Part shown: positions 9,672 through 18,724 of the stretch, one piece after another
How the letters are laid out: each line of letters starts with the position of its first letter
Position numbering within the stretch: the first letter of the stretch is position 1
DNA from: an uncultured Clostridia bacterium
Lineage (GTDB): Bacteria; Bacillota; Limnochordia; DTU080; RSA5
Direction: 5' to 3'
Assembly: GCA_964424335.1 (NCBI GenBank)
Contig: CAYRIY010000004.1
Coordinates: forward strand, 9,068 to 73,067
Length of the DNA: 64,000 bases
Program-made: the position numbers and the translations under genes
The notes under the pieces: generated by a model
The model's input: only the letters and a program-made list of their open reading frames with translations
Told to the model about the DNA's origin: nothing
Databases searched by the model: none

Positions 9672-11045
9672 TCAATGCGCTCTACTTGCCAGCGCGCCCT
9701 TCGCTCGGGGCGCGCTGGGGAGTTGAAACCCGCCTACCGTAAAGCAATACCGCACGAGGCGGCGGCGCGCGTGTTTGCGAATGGCGGGCTCGTCGAAGAC
9801 CATGGGCTTTGCATTCAGCTCCAAGATCCACGGGTGGCCGCTTCGATCGAGCGCCACATCCATCGAGAGTTCCCCGTGCGTCCCGCCCGTCGCGGCATCG
9901 AAGGCCGCAGCCGCCGTGACGATCGCATTTTCTAGATTTCTGACGACTTGATCGACGCGGTCAGCGCCCTTTAGCACGCGGCGGAGGAGCGGGATGAGTT
10001 TGGCCCTCGATCCTCCCCGAGGACGGTGGGTTGTGATCTGCCGCGGTCCTGCGATGCGCGCGGCCATCCCCGTCACGGTCCACCCTTTGACCGGATCGTT
10101 TTGGACCAATGCTCGGATGTCAAAGGGACGCCCGTGGTAACGCAGGAGAGGGATGGCCTGTTGTATCAAGTAGCGCCTTCCGGCCTGAAATCGGTCCAAC
10201 TGGGCCGAGAATGCGCCGATGTCGTAGTACGTCGCGGCCCTGATCCGCCCTTTTCCCAAGGTCGATCGCCAGAGGATTCGGCCGTTTGGGTGCAGATCGA
10301 TGCGGGCCGTTCCATTGCCAAGGCTGCCGCCGGCCCGTTTCATGTACACTTCGTGGTGCTTGCGCAAAAACTCCATCAAAGACGTTGCATCCCGATACAT
10401 GAGCGTCTCGGGGAGGTGCGCCTTGACGGCTTCGTGGTCCTTGAGGATGTTGTGCACTTCCCACTTGTCGAGCAATTTCGGGTTGAAAAAGTGGACGTCC
10501 GACTCTTCAATAAACCGCTTGCGGGCTGCGTCGACGCTCGCCCGCCGCTCAGCGTTGCGGTTGGGCACTCGGTTGTAGATGACGTGGGGAAATGGGAAGC
10601 GGCCGCGAACCCAGGCGCCGCTGCGGCCGCTGATCGTATACCCCGCGATGGTCCGATCACTCCAATTCACGCCTTCCGGCGTAAATACGTACGCGATCGC
10701 TCCCATCTCCTTGGCGACGAGGATCAAACGGCGAAACTGCCCGGAGCTCGCCGCAAACCGGCGCTTAGGATTCTTGCGTGAGGACGATGTGAAGATTGCG
10801 ATGACGGGGCCAAGTGACAAGCCGTGCTCGCTCGTACGCACGGAGACTCGCCAGCGACCCGGTAGGTGTAGGCCTTTTCGCTGAGAACTCACCAAGGCCA
10901 CGCGGGCTCCCGATGTCTTGAGTTCGATGGGCGTCAGACCGATCGTCACGCTGCCGGCCCGCCTGACCGCTTGGATCGCGTCGGATGTGGATTTCAGCTT
11001 TAGCATCCGACCGGGGCCGTTTTTTATTTCAAATTGCATGGGCAA
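9672..11045 (-). CDS. YheC/YheD-family ATP-grasp protein (paralog 1) with a ~90-aa N-terminal extension
   Basis: Shows the family signatures LGPVIAIF, VHFFNP..DKW, YMKRAGGSLGNG, PFDIRALVQ, TGMAARIAG, SMDVALDRSGHPWILELNAKP. It is the last gene of the minus-strand block. Confidence 0.7.
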   Translation of the reverse strand: MPMQFEIKNGPGRMLKLKSTSDAIQAVRRAGSVTIGLTPIELKTSGARVALVSSQRKGLHLPGRWRVSVRTSEHGLSLGPVIAIFTSSSRKNPKRRFAASSGQFRRLILVAKEMGAIAYVFTPEGVNWSDRTIAGYTISGRSGAWVRGRFPFPHVIYNRVPNRNAERRASVDAARKRFIEESDVHFFNPKLLDKWEVHNILKDHEAVKAHLPETLMYRDATSLMEFLRKHHEVYMKRAGGSLGNGTARIDLHPNGRILWRSTLGKGRIRAATYYDIGAFSAQLDRFQAGRRYLIQQAIPLLRYHGRPFDIRALVQNDPVKGWTVTGMAARIAGPRQITTHRPRGGSRAKLIPLLRRVLKGADRVDQVVRNLENAIVTAAAAFDAATGGTHGELSMDVALDRSGHPWILELNAKPMVFDEPAIRKHARRRLVRYCFTVGGFQLPSAPRAKGALASRAH

Positions 11046-11078
11046 TTCCTCCCGAAAGGCGCGTGCGCTTTTTCGTGT

Positions 11079-12425
11079 TCAAAACCCGGCAATGTAGTTT
11101 GCATAGGCCATAGGCCGGTGGAATGAGCGCCACACTTGGCGCTTGGGGCCTGCGTCCGTAATCTTTCGGAACGGCTTGGCGTTCACTTCGATCAGCCAAA
11201 CTTGCCCTTTCCGATCGACGCCAAGGTCGAGGCCGACCTCGCCGAGCGGGCCGTCGAGCACTTCTTCAAGGGCGGTCACGATCTCGAGCGATGCGGTGCG
11301 GATCTTGGCCGCCACGCGCCGACCGTTCCTCTTGAATCGCTTGCGCAAGACGTAGGCAAGACCAAAGGCCGTTCCACCACGGCTCAGATTGGACGTGACC
11401 CTGCCTTGCGGAGCCACTCTGGCGTACGTCTTGGTCCGCGCCCACTCGCCATCGCCCGTCTTTTGCATGAGAATTCGCACGTCGAACGGGGCGCCGCCGA
11501 AGGTAGCAAGGTGAAGATCTTGCTGGACGATGTATCGCCGCCCGCGTTGAATGCGAGTAATTCCTTTGTATAGTGCATCAAACCGAGTCGTCCCATGGAT
11601 TCTGCGACCGTGCCGCCACTCGTATCCCGTGTGCGTCCGTCGCACCCGCACGACGCCTTTGCCTTGGCTGCCTTCGGTAGGCTTTACGTAGACGGAGCTG
11701 TGTTGGTCGAGAAACGCCTGCAGACTGGCGGGCCCGGTCAGTTGCCGCGTCTCGGGGATGTACCGAACCAGGCGTTCGTGCCGGGACATGCGCTGATAGA
11801 TCGACCACTTGTCAAAAAATCCTTCATTGAAATAATGGACGTCGGGGATGGCCTGCAAAACTGCTTTCGCACGTTGCGTGCTGGCACGCCGCTCCCAACT
11901 GCGCGCTTGCACGCGATCGTACACCACGTCGGGGAGGGGAAGGCGCCTTTTGACCCAACGCTTTCCGGAGCGAACGTACCCCTCCACGTAATCGGCGCCT
12001 TCCTCGATTCCGTCCGGGGCCGCGACGAACGCCACCATGCCCAAAGCCCTGCCATGGGCGATCAGGTGTTTGAGGTCCCCAGTGCGGACACCAAAGAGCG
12101 CCCGCCTTCCGCTGCGCCTCTTTTTGGCTGCAAAGATCGCGACGATCGGGCCGAGGCAGAGCGCCTGGCGCTCTGGCTCCCATCGAATGCGGAGCGTTTG
12201 CGGGAGCGAGAGGTAAAGGTCACTTGCGACCTTGGGACTGATGGCGACGACGTCAGAGCCTCGTTTGTTCGAAACAGGCACGGAGACGCTCTTAGCCCCA
12301 ACTTTTAGCGTCGCTTGATCAAGGCGCGGGGCGCCAAGCGACTCGAGAAGCGCCTCTGAAACGGCGATCCCGTCGACCCCCTCTTGGGCCCGCGTCAACT
12401 TGACCTTTGCGCTCTTGTATGGCAT
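11079..12425 (-). CDS. YheC/YheD-family ATP-grasp protein (paralog 2) with a related N-terminal extension
   Basis: LGPIVAIFAA, VHYFNEGFFDKW, VYVKPTEGSQGKG, PFDVRILMQ, GLDLGVDRKGQVWLIEVNAKP. The N-terminal ~95 aa parallel those of paralog 1. Confidence 0.7.
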   Translation of the reverse strand: MPYKSAKVKLTRAQEGVDGIAVSEALLESLGAPRLDQATLKVGAKSVSVPVSNKRGSDVVAISPKVASDLYLSLPQTLRIRWEPERQALCLGPIVAIFAAKKRRSGRRALFGVRTGDLKHLIAHGRALGMVAFVAAPDGIEEGADYVEGYVRSGKRWVKRRLPLPDVVYDRVQARSWERRASTQRAKAVLQAIPDVHYFNEGFFDKWSIYQRMSRHERLVRYIPETRQLTGPASLQAFLDQHSSVYVKPTEGSQGKGVVRVRRTHTGYEWRHGRRIHGTTRFDALYKGITRIQRGRRYIVQQDLHLATFGGAPFDVRILMQKTGDGEWARTKTYARVAPQGRVTSNLSRGGTAFGLAYVLRKRFKRNGRRVAAKIRTASLEIVTALEEVLDGPLGEVGLDLGVDRKGQVWLIEVNAKPFRKITDAGPKRQVWRSFHRPMAYANYIAGF

Positions 12426-12505
12426 CGACTTCTTCCCTTTCTCGGAGCTGCTCTTTAGGCCGTAGGGCCCGGGAAAGGCCCGCCGATCGGCGTGGCCGCC
12501 CCACG

Positions 12506-13897
12506 TCAGCGCCGCTTACGCTTTTGGGGTCGTCGGCGGACCAATCCCCACCGCAACTTTAGGTCGCGGTTTTCGCTCCATTCTTTACCCTCACGCACCC
12601 ATTCAGGAATGACTTGCAGATGCTCTTCCATCCTCGAATAGTCCGGTAGGGTCTCAAGGTCGGACCAGATTGCCTCAAAGGCAGGGCGCATGACCTCTTT
12701 GTCGGATCGGTAAAATGCGCGGCAAATCTCGTTATGCGCAAACATATCGAGACGCAGGCGCTCGTAGTTCTCCGCGACCAGCTTTGCCAGGCATGCGATG
12801 GCGTGGGCGAAGTCGGGCGCTACGATCCAACTCGACGGGACTCGGTACTCAAAGCCGTGGCGCTGCCAGCGAAACTCGCCGAGGTATCCGTAGCGGGGGC
12901 GCCGCCGACGGGCGCGCTTTGGATCCTCGAGCATCGCCACGGGGAGCGCGAGGTAGTTGTCGAGCGCCCGGAGCAATTCCGTCGTGAGCGGCACGTCGCT
13001 GAAGTGGATGTGGCCGCCGATCGGGTAGCTGCGCACGGGGAGGCTTCCCGCCTGCCAACTCGAATCTTTGGGCGCGCGGCGAGCGGCCCTGCGGAGCAGA
13101 TCCTTGATGTTTGAAACGAGCACGACCGGGTCGGACGAAGGCGAAGGGCGCACCTCGACGATGGGCTTTGCCCCCCGGCGATATCGACTGCCCTGCTGGT
13201 CGTAACCGACCCGGCCGTGCCTGCTGAAATATCGAGACGCGTAAACGATCCCTTTGCCTCGGCGCATGATGAACTCGATGTCGGCGCCGAGCGTGACGGG
13301 CTTGCGGGCAAAGTCGAATCGGGAGCGCCGACGAGCGACGAAATGGGAGGCGGAGCGGGCATACAACCTGCCCGTCGTCGGTGTGAGCTCCGGGGTGGGA
13401 TCGACCCGCGTCGGCGCCGCTTCGTCCTTGCTGAGCGAGATGACGTCCACCGAGCCGAAATGCAGCCCGAGGGCGTAAATGCAGCGGACGGCCATCGCCC
13501 GGACCGCCCGCATTCGCTTTGAACCACCGTGTATCCGCTTGAGCTTCTTTCCGCTTCGCCGGTAAAGGCCAAGGACTCGCAAGTCGCATACGTGCACTCT
13601 GTAGCGGCCCTTTCGTCCATAGTACCGGGTGCGGATCCCGTGTGCGCGCAGGCGCTCAACGACTCTTTCTTTGTCTTGAGCGGCGCGGAGCGCTTCGGGC
13701 GGGTTGAGGACCCACTCGGCGCCGATGGGATCGAAATCCGTGGCGCCCCAGGACATGACGGCATCCCACGGTCCGGGTAGGTACTCGGAGTCAAACGTGA
13801 TTTTCCCTTCATTATCGTTGGGAAACTTCAGCCGCTTCGGTTTTCCTTTGGGCGGATGAATGGCAAGGAGGTTCACCGCGTCCGGGCCTCCTTCCAA
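12506..13897 (-). CDS. Uncharacterised ~460-aa protein (paralog A): degenerate ATP-grasp-like N-terminal half plus a C-terminal domain with GADIEF / GYDQQ / GGHIHFS motifs
   Basis: Shares YxLGLHFGSVDV, GAD[IP]EF, IVYASRY, GYD.Q, SNI..ALRRAA, GGHIHFS, LRALD.YL, RRR.RYG, FEYRV.SW with the ORF at 15382..16770. The N-terminal YRVHVCDLRVLGL...MAVRCIYALGLHFGSVDV resembles the ATP-grasp central and C-terminal sheets. No confident family assignment is possible from sequence alone. Confidence 0.6.
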   Translation of the reverse strand: MEGGPDAVNLLAIHPPKGKPKRLKFPNDNEGKITFDSEYLPGPWDAVMSWGATDFDPIGAEWVLNPPEALRAAQDKERVVERLRAHGIRTRYYGRKGRYRVHVCDLRVLGLYRRSGKKLKRIHGGSKRMRAVRAMAVRCIYALGLHFGSVDVISLSKDEAAPTRVDPTPELTPTTGRLYARSASHFVARRRSRFDFARKPVTLGADIEFIMRRGKGIVYASRYFSRHGRVGYDQQGSRYRRGAKPIVEVRPSPSSDPVVLVSNIKDLLRRAARRAPKDSSWQAGSLPVRSYPIGGHIHFSDVPLTTELLRALDNYLALPVAMLEDPKRARRRRPRYGYLGEFRWQRHGFEYRVPSSWIVAPDFAHAIACLAKLVAENYERLRLDMFAHNEICRAFYRSDKEVMRPAFEAIWSDLETLPDYSRMEEHLQVIPEWVREGKEWSENRDLKLRWGLVRRRPQKRKRR

Positions 13898-13969
13898 ACG
13901 ATCCGCCAGGTCGAGTCCAAACGAGGAGTTACGTCACATAAACGAGGGTAGCGGTCATCACAACACGGT

Positions 13970-14170
13970 CTAGCAGCGCATCGTGAGTATGAGTACAAAG
14001 ATGAGTCCCCCGAGGAGCACGACGTCGAACGGATTGGGAACGATCAGCACCTTGAGGAGTTCGATGCAGATCATTGCGACAATGACGACGAACGTCACGT
14101 CGAGGTTTCGCATTTTGCGCGACATGGATCGTTTCACCCTCACCGTGCAGGCTCGCTCGCCTGCTTTCAA
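13970..14170 (-). CDS. Possible small two-TM membrane protein (66 aa)
   Basis: Lies in the gap between two block genes on the same strand. It has hydrophobic segments VTFVVIVAMICIELLKVLIV and VVLLGGLIFVLILTM, and local GC content is lower. The coding evidence is weak. Confidence 0.3.
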   Translation of the reverse strand: MKAGERACTVRVKRSMSRKMRNLDVTFVVIVAMICIELLKVLIVPNPFDVVLLGGLIFVLILTMRC

Positions 14171-14268
14171 AGGAGTCGTGGCGTCAGTTCTTTCCCGCTA
14201 TCCTACGAGCCTCGGCGGAGGCTGGGAATAGTACTGAGTTCCCTAGTTCCCAGGTGGTAAGCGCATCC

Positions 14269-15363
14269 CTAGGAGTCTGTTGATTTCTTGCTCAAGTACC
14301 AAGCGTATTGAACGACACGGATGCGCGACGTCCGCCACGATTTCGTCAGGCGCGCTCTGGAGAAGAGCGCCCGTCCGGGTTGCCGGTTGACCTCGATGAT
14401 CCACAGTTTTCCTGTGCGGTCGAGGCCAAGATCGAGGCCGAGTTCGCCAAGGGTTGGGTGGGCGCTGGACATTTGGGCGGCGCATTTCAGCGCAAGGGCC
14501 CGAACCATTGCAGCGAGCGTCTTTGCTTTCGGGGCGCGGGGAAGACCGCGCACGAGGCGCTGCAGCGTCATTGCGGTTCCCCCTGCGTGCAGGTTGGAGA
14601 CAAACCCTCCGGGACGCCCGACACGCGCGCCGATCGCCGAGACGCGCCAGCGGCCTTCAATGTCACGTTGGACGATCGCACGTATGTCGACGGCAGACCG
14701 CCCTCGACGCATCAGGTCGAGGTCCTGCTGTACCAAGTATTCGTCAGGCGGTTGCCCGTCGACGGCAAATGCGACGAGCTGCGCTGCGTCTTTTAGGGAT
14801 CGCTTGACGGCAGCGCCTGATTCGGATCGTCTCGCCGCTTTCCAACCCGACTCGGATCGCACCGCCTTGACGATCCCCTTGCCCTGGCGGCCGCGCACCG
14901 GCTTGATGTAAAGCGCTCGGTGGGACTCGGCGATCCGCTCGATGGCATCGGCGCTCAGGGGTAAGGTTTCGGGGAGGTGAAGGGCGAGCTTGGGATCTTG
15001 AGCAAGGAGCGCATGGACCTCGAGTTTGTCCCCGAAGTCCGGGTTGAACACGGCAACCCCATATTCGCTCTCCAGGCGCCCAAGCGCGAGCCTGCACTTT
15101 TCGGCCTTCTCTTTGCCTAGGCCCCAAAGACGGTCGTGGACCACGTGAGGAAATCCTCGTTGAACGACTTTCCATCCCCCGTTCGTCGGGACGTACGCTT
15201 TGACGCGCCTGCGTTCCCAGTCGATGTCGAGGGGGGAGAAGACGTACCCTTCCATGTGGTGCCGTCTGGCGATCCGGATGAGTCCTCGCAGGTACGAGGT
15301 TTGCTCTCCAAACAGCCGCTTGTGAAACCGGCGCGCTGCAATTGCAAACACGGTGCGGGCCAT
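14269..15363 (-). CDS. YheC/YheD-family ATP-grasp protein (paralog 3, no N-terminal extension)
   Basis: VAVFNPDFGDKLEVH, LYIKPVRGRQGKG, AVDIRAIVQ, NLHAGGTA, ELGLDLGLDRTGKLWIIEVNRQP. Confidence 0.7.
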   Translation of the reverse strand: MARTVFAIAARRFHKRLFGEQTSYLRGLIRIARRHHMEGYVFSPLDIDWERRRVKAYVPTNGGWKVVQRGFPHVVHDRLWGLGKEKAEKCRLALGRLESEYGVAVFNPDFGDKLEVHALLAQDPKLALHLPETLPLSADAIERIAESHRALYIKPVRGRQGKGIVKAVRSESGWKAARRSESGAAVKRSLKDAAQLVAFAVDGQPPDEYLVQQDLDLMRRGRSAVDIRAIVQRDIEGRWRVSAIGARVGRPGGFVSNLHAGGTAMTLQRLVRGLPRAPKAKTLAAMVRALALKCAAQMSSAHPTLGELGLDLGLDRTGKLWIIEVNRQPGRALFSRARLTKSWRTSRIRVVQYAWYLSKKSTDS

Positions 15364-15381
15364 GGCAACCGCCTCCCTTAG

Positions 15382-16770
15382 TCAGATCTCCCAAGCCGCC
15401 TTGATGTCCCGATCCTCGTGCCACTCCTCGCCGGCCTCGATCATTTTGGTGAAGTAGGATAGCTCCGCTCGGTATTTGCGCCCTGTTTCGGTCCGAAGCA
15501 CGTTGTGGATCAGGCGCGGGTAAAGTGTGCGGAATCGCCCTTTTTTGGATAGATAAAACTCCTTGCTCGCCTGCGTCGAGGAGAGGTAGTTCCGATTCAA
15601 CCGCGGCCACTCGGCGGCCACCGTCTTGGCTAGGGCAAGCGTCGCCGTCGTGGCTTCAGGCGAGACGAGCCAGCTTGGCAGCACCCGGTACTCAAACCCG
15701 CCGTGTTCCTTGCGGCGAAAGTCGCCCGCACGGCCATACCGGCGCCTGCGTCTTTTGGCCCGGTGTCTTTGCTCGAGCAGCATGATCACAACGCCCAAAT
15801 AGCTGTCGAGGGCCCGCAGAAACGGGGTGGTCAGCGGCGCTCCACTGAAATGGATGTGGCCGCCGGTCGGGTACTTTCCCATGGGGTAGCTGCCGGCGAG
15901 CCACGAAACGCCCTTTGTCGGCAGGAGCTCCGCCGCTCGCCGCAATGCCGTCTCGATGTTTGCGACAAGCGTGAATGGGGAAGGGCTCGGATTTGGCCGC
16001 AGCTCCGCCAAGGGAAAGACCGACCCCCGGTTCGCGCGGCTTTGTCGGTCGTATCCCACGAGTCCGGAATGGGTCACATACCGGGACGCGTATACGATTT
16101 TCCCGCCCGCTTTGACCAGCGCAAACTCGGGATCGGCGCCAAGCGCCGCCTCGCTGGAAGGCTCCGGGGGCTCAACCCAGGATTCGGCCATGTCGGCAAT
16201 GCTCGCGCCATAAGCCCGGGCGAGGTCATCGTCCGCTGAAGGTTGAGCGTCGACTCGACCGACGTACCAGCGTCCGGATGGATGCACCATGACGTCGACC
16301 GACCCAAAGTGCAGTCCGAGGACGTATACGGCACGGCATGCCCCCTCGGCAATTCTTTGGTACTTCCAGCGCGAAATCGAGCGCATGGCTCCGCGGGCGT
16401 CATCGACCGCCAGGATGCGCAGGTCGGCCACGTGGACGCGCACAAGGGCGTACTCATCCCTCAATGGCGGCATGACCGGGCGCACAGCGTCGCGGGGCAG
16501 GCGCTCGGGATCCACGGGGATGCCATGCAGGTGAAGGAGGAGGGAGGTCTTCTCTGGTGAGTCGGCGATCCTTACCGCATTGACCGGATTGATCACGACG
16601 GCTGCCTTGGCAAGGGATGCGCTTTTTCCCCAACAAATGACCACGTCCGACTCGTTCGAAGACGCGCGGGCGCGCCGCTCGACGGTAAATCCCCGCTTGT
16701 CGAGCGCGTCGGCTACGGCCAAGACCGCGCTCGAGCGAACTTCTTTCGGGGCTAACAGTATCGCCTTCAT
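15382..16770 (-). CDS. Uncharacterised ~460-aa protein (paralog B of the 12506..13897 family)
   Basis: The N-terminus (VINPVNAVRIADSPEKTSLLLHLHGIPV; LVRVHVADLRILAV; AVYVLGLHFGSVDV) looks like an ATP-grasp N-terminal/central part. The C-terminal domain carries GADPEF, IVYASRY, GYDRQ, GGHIHFS, RRRRRYG, FEYRVLPSW. Confidence 0.6.
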   Translation of the reverse strand: MKAILLAPKEVRSSAVLAVADALDKRGFTVERRARASSNESDVVICWGKSASLAKAAVVINPVNAVRIADSPEKTSLLLHLHGIPVDPERLPRDAVRPVMPPLRDEYALVRVHVADLRILAVDDARGAMRSISRWKYQRIAEGACRAVYVLGLHFGSVDVMVHPSGRWYVGRVDAQPSADDDLARAYGASIADMAESWVEPPEPSSEAALGADPEFALVKAGGKIVYASRYVTHSGLVGYDRQSRANRGSVFPLAELRPNPSPSPFTLVANIETALRRAAELLPTKGVSWLAGSYPMGKYPTGGHIHFSGAPLTTPFLRALDSYLGVVIMLLEQRHRAKRRRRRYGRAGDFRRKEHGGFEYRVLPSWLVSPEATTATLALAKTVAAEWPRLNRNYLSSTQASKEFYLSKKGRFRTLYPRLIHNVLRTETGRKYRAELSYFTKMIEAGEEWHEDRDIKAAWEI

Positions 16771-16811
16771 AAGGACAAATCGCCATCCTGTAGTAGATCT
16801 TGCAAGATCGA

Positions 16812-17690
16812 TTACTGAACGTTCATGATTCGTCGGCGCATGGAGTCCATGACGCTTCCCGCAATGTCAGCGCCCGTGGCCGCTTCGACGTGTTGAAAGC
16901 CGGGGCAAACGTTGACGTCGATCACCAAAGGGCCCTCGGCCGTTTCGAGGATGTCGACAGCGGCAAAATCGGCTCCGACGGCGCGGGCCGCACGTACTGC
17001 CGCGTCCGCCGTCTCAATCTCTGCTTTGACAGGCATTGCTCGCGCGCCGAGCGACAGGTTGGCGCGCCATTCGCCCGGAGGAGGCGTCTTAGCCACTGCC
17101 GCAAGGACGCTTCCATCCAAGATGACGAGTCGCAGCTCCCGCTTTGCGCCGCTTACGAAGGACTGAACCAACATCGGCGATCCGTTCTCCTTTAGCAGGC
17201 GGAGCAGCTCTCGGGGCCCCGCTGCCTTGGAGACGAGAGCGCCTTTTCCGCCGATCAAGGGCTTGACGACGACCGGGTAGGAAACATGGCGCAGGTGGTC
17301 GACGGTGAGAGCGCTCATGATTCGGCTCTCCGGCTGAGGCACCCCGTGTTCAGACAGTGCGAGCGCGGCGAGCGCCTTGTCTCGGCCGTTTCGGACCGCC
17401 GCGGGTCCGTTTATCGTGGGCACGCCGACACGAGCGAGGACTTCGAGGACTCGAAGGCCCGCGAGGAGCGCGTCTTGGTCAATCCGCCCGATGGCGCCGA
17501 TCATGCTTGGATCTTGGCGGATCAGGCCCTTGGAGATTCCTTCGAACCGGGCGTGCTGCACGTCGAAGGCCCAGCGCATGGGATCGATCCGCACGAGGGA
17601 GATGCCCCGTGCCCGCGCGGCCCTGTGGAGCGCCTTCATCTCCCATGTCACGAAGTTGTCCCTGGTGATGACGGCCACGGCCCCTCTCAC
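16812..17690 (-). CDS. RimK-like ATP-grasp alpha-L-glutamate/peptide ligase
   Basis: A GTG start at 17690 overlaps the upstream glycosyltransferase stop (GTGA). The N-terminus VAVITRDNFVTWEMKALHRAARARGISLVRIDP parallels RimK MKIAILSRD...ILDP. Also present are PVVVKPLIGGKG, LVQSFV, ELRLVILDG, GADFAAVDIL. The longer ORF from 17786 is rejected as an antisense extension. Confidence 0.75.
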   Translation of the reverse strand: MRGAVAVITRDNFVTWEMKALHRAARARGISLVRIDPMRWAFDVQHARFEGISKGLIRQDPSMIGAIGRIDQDALLAGLRVLEVLARVGVPTINGPAAVRNGRDKALAALALSEHGVPQPESRIMSALTVDHLRHVSYPVVVKPLIGGKGALVSKAAGPRELLRLLKENGSPMLVQSFVSGAKRELRLVILDGSVLAAVAKTPPPGEWRANLSLGARAMPVKAEIETADAAVRAARAVGADFAAVDILETAEGPLVIDVNVCPGFQHVEAATGADIAGSVMDSMRRRIMNVQ

Positions 17691-18682
17691 GAAGGCCACG
17701 TCCTTATCGCATCGCGGTACACTTCGACCACCGCCTCGGCCATTTTCTCGATGGGAAACGTTCGGCAGGCGAACTCGCGACTCCAAGCGGCAAGGCGGCC
17801 GCGAAACGCCGCGTCTTGGGTGAGTCGGAGAATGTCCGTTCGGATGGTTTCCGATCGGGGCAACACACCGTCGTAACCGCTAAAGGAAGGGAACGCCTGG
17901 CCGTCGTAGCGATCGGGCGTGACCGGGCCCCCGTATTTGGCGCCCAAGACGAGGCCGATTGCGCCGCACGCGAGCCCTTCGCGAATCGCTCGGCCGGTGC
18001 CGCAGACGATGTGGCTCTCGGCCAACAGTTTTGAGACGTCGTCCACCCATCCGAGGGCGGTCAAACGAGGTCCGACCGGACGGTCGTTTGATGCGACCGC
18101 GAGGTGGGCGTGGGGAATGGCTTCGGTCGCTCTGATCAGTTCGTTTAAGCCGCTTCTCTTGGTTTCGTCAACCCTGCCGACATAGGCGATGCGAAGGCTG
18201 GGGCCCTTTGCGCCCGGAGAGAACCGCTCGGTGTCAACTCCGTTTTGGATGATCACCGAGGCGATGGAGTGCTTCATTAGGTCCTGCGCGACATTGGGCC
18301 CCACGGCAATGCACCGATCGACCTTGGCGACGTCCGGAAATCGACCCGCCACGCCCAAACCGTGACATGTGATCACGCACGGAACGCCGTGCGTCTCGCG
18401 CAGGCGAAGGAGACACGGGACGGCGACTGACGAATGGCCGTGCGCAATGTCGGGGGCGAAGGCCTCGGCCATTTTGAAGAACTGGCTCGATTTCACCGCA
18501 TGCCGACACGGAATCGCGTGTTGGTGCAACATGTCGGCGCAGGCCTTGACTGCGAGGGGCAATGATCGTCCGAGCGCAATCACGCAGACGTCGTGGCCCA
18601 TGTTGCCAAGAGCCCTGGCAAGCTCGACGAGGTGCGTCGTCTGGCCGCTTTGATGGAACTTAGCCGTGAGCAAAATGCGCAA
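17687..18682 (-). CDS. GT-B fold glycosyltransferase (family 1 / GT4-like)
   Basis: The N-terminus MRILLTAKFHQSGQTTHLVELARALGNMGHDVCVIA is typical of GT4 enzymes. The C-terminal half has the E-x7-E-like region (GRVDETKRSGLNELIRA ... GLACGAIGLV). Confidence 0.7.
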   Translation of the reverse strand: MRILLTAKFHQSGQTTHLVELARALGNMGHDVCVIALGRSLPLAVKACADMLHQHAIPCRHAVKSSQFFKMAEAFAPDIAHGHSSVAVPCLLRLRETHGVPCVITCHGLGVAGRFPDVAKVDRCIAVGPNVAQDLMKHSIASVIIQNGVDTERFSPGAKGPSLRIAYVGRVDETKRSGLNELIRATEAIPHAHLAVASNDRPVGPRLTALGWVDDVSKLLAESHIVCGTGRAIREGLACGAIGLVLGAKYGGPVTPDRYDGQAFPSFSGYDGVLPRSETIRTDILRLTQDAAFRGRLAAWSREFACRTFPIEKMAEAVVEVYRDAIRTWPS

Positions 18683-18724
18683 AGCCGCTCGAGTCCCCCT
18701 TCATCGAAACGCCGACGATGAGAT

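Noticed and set aside
16812-17786. Longer 324-aa version of the RimK-like ORF starting at 17786
   Set aside because: It would overlap the glycosyltransferase by 100 nt. RimK N-terminal alignment and a GTGA stop/start overlap support the GTG at 17690.
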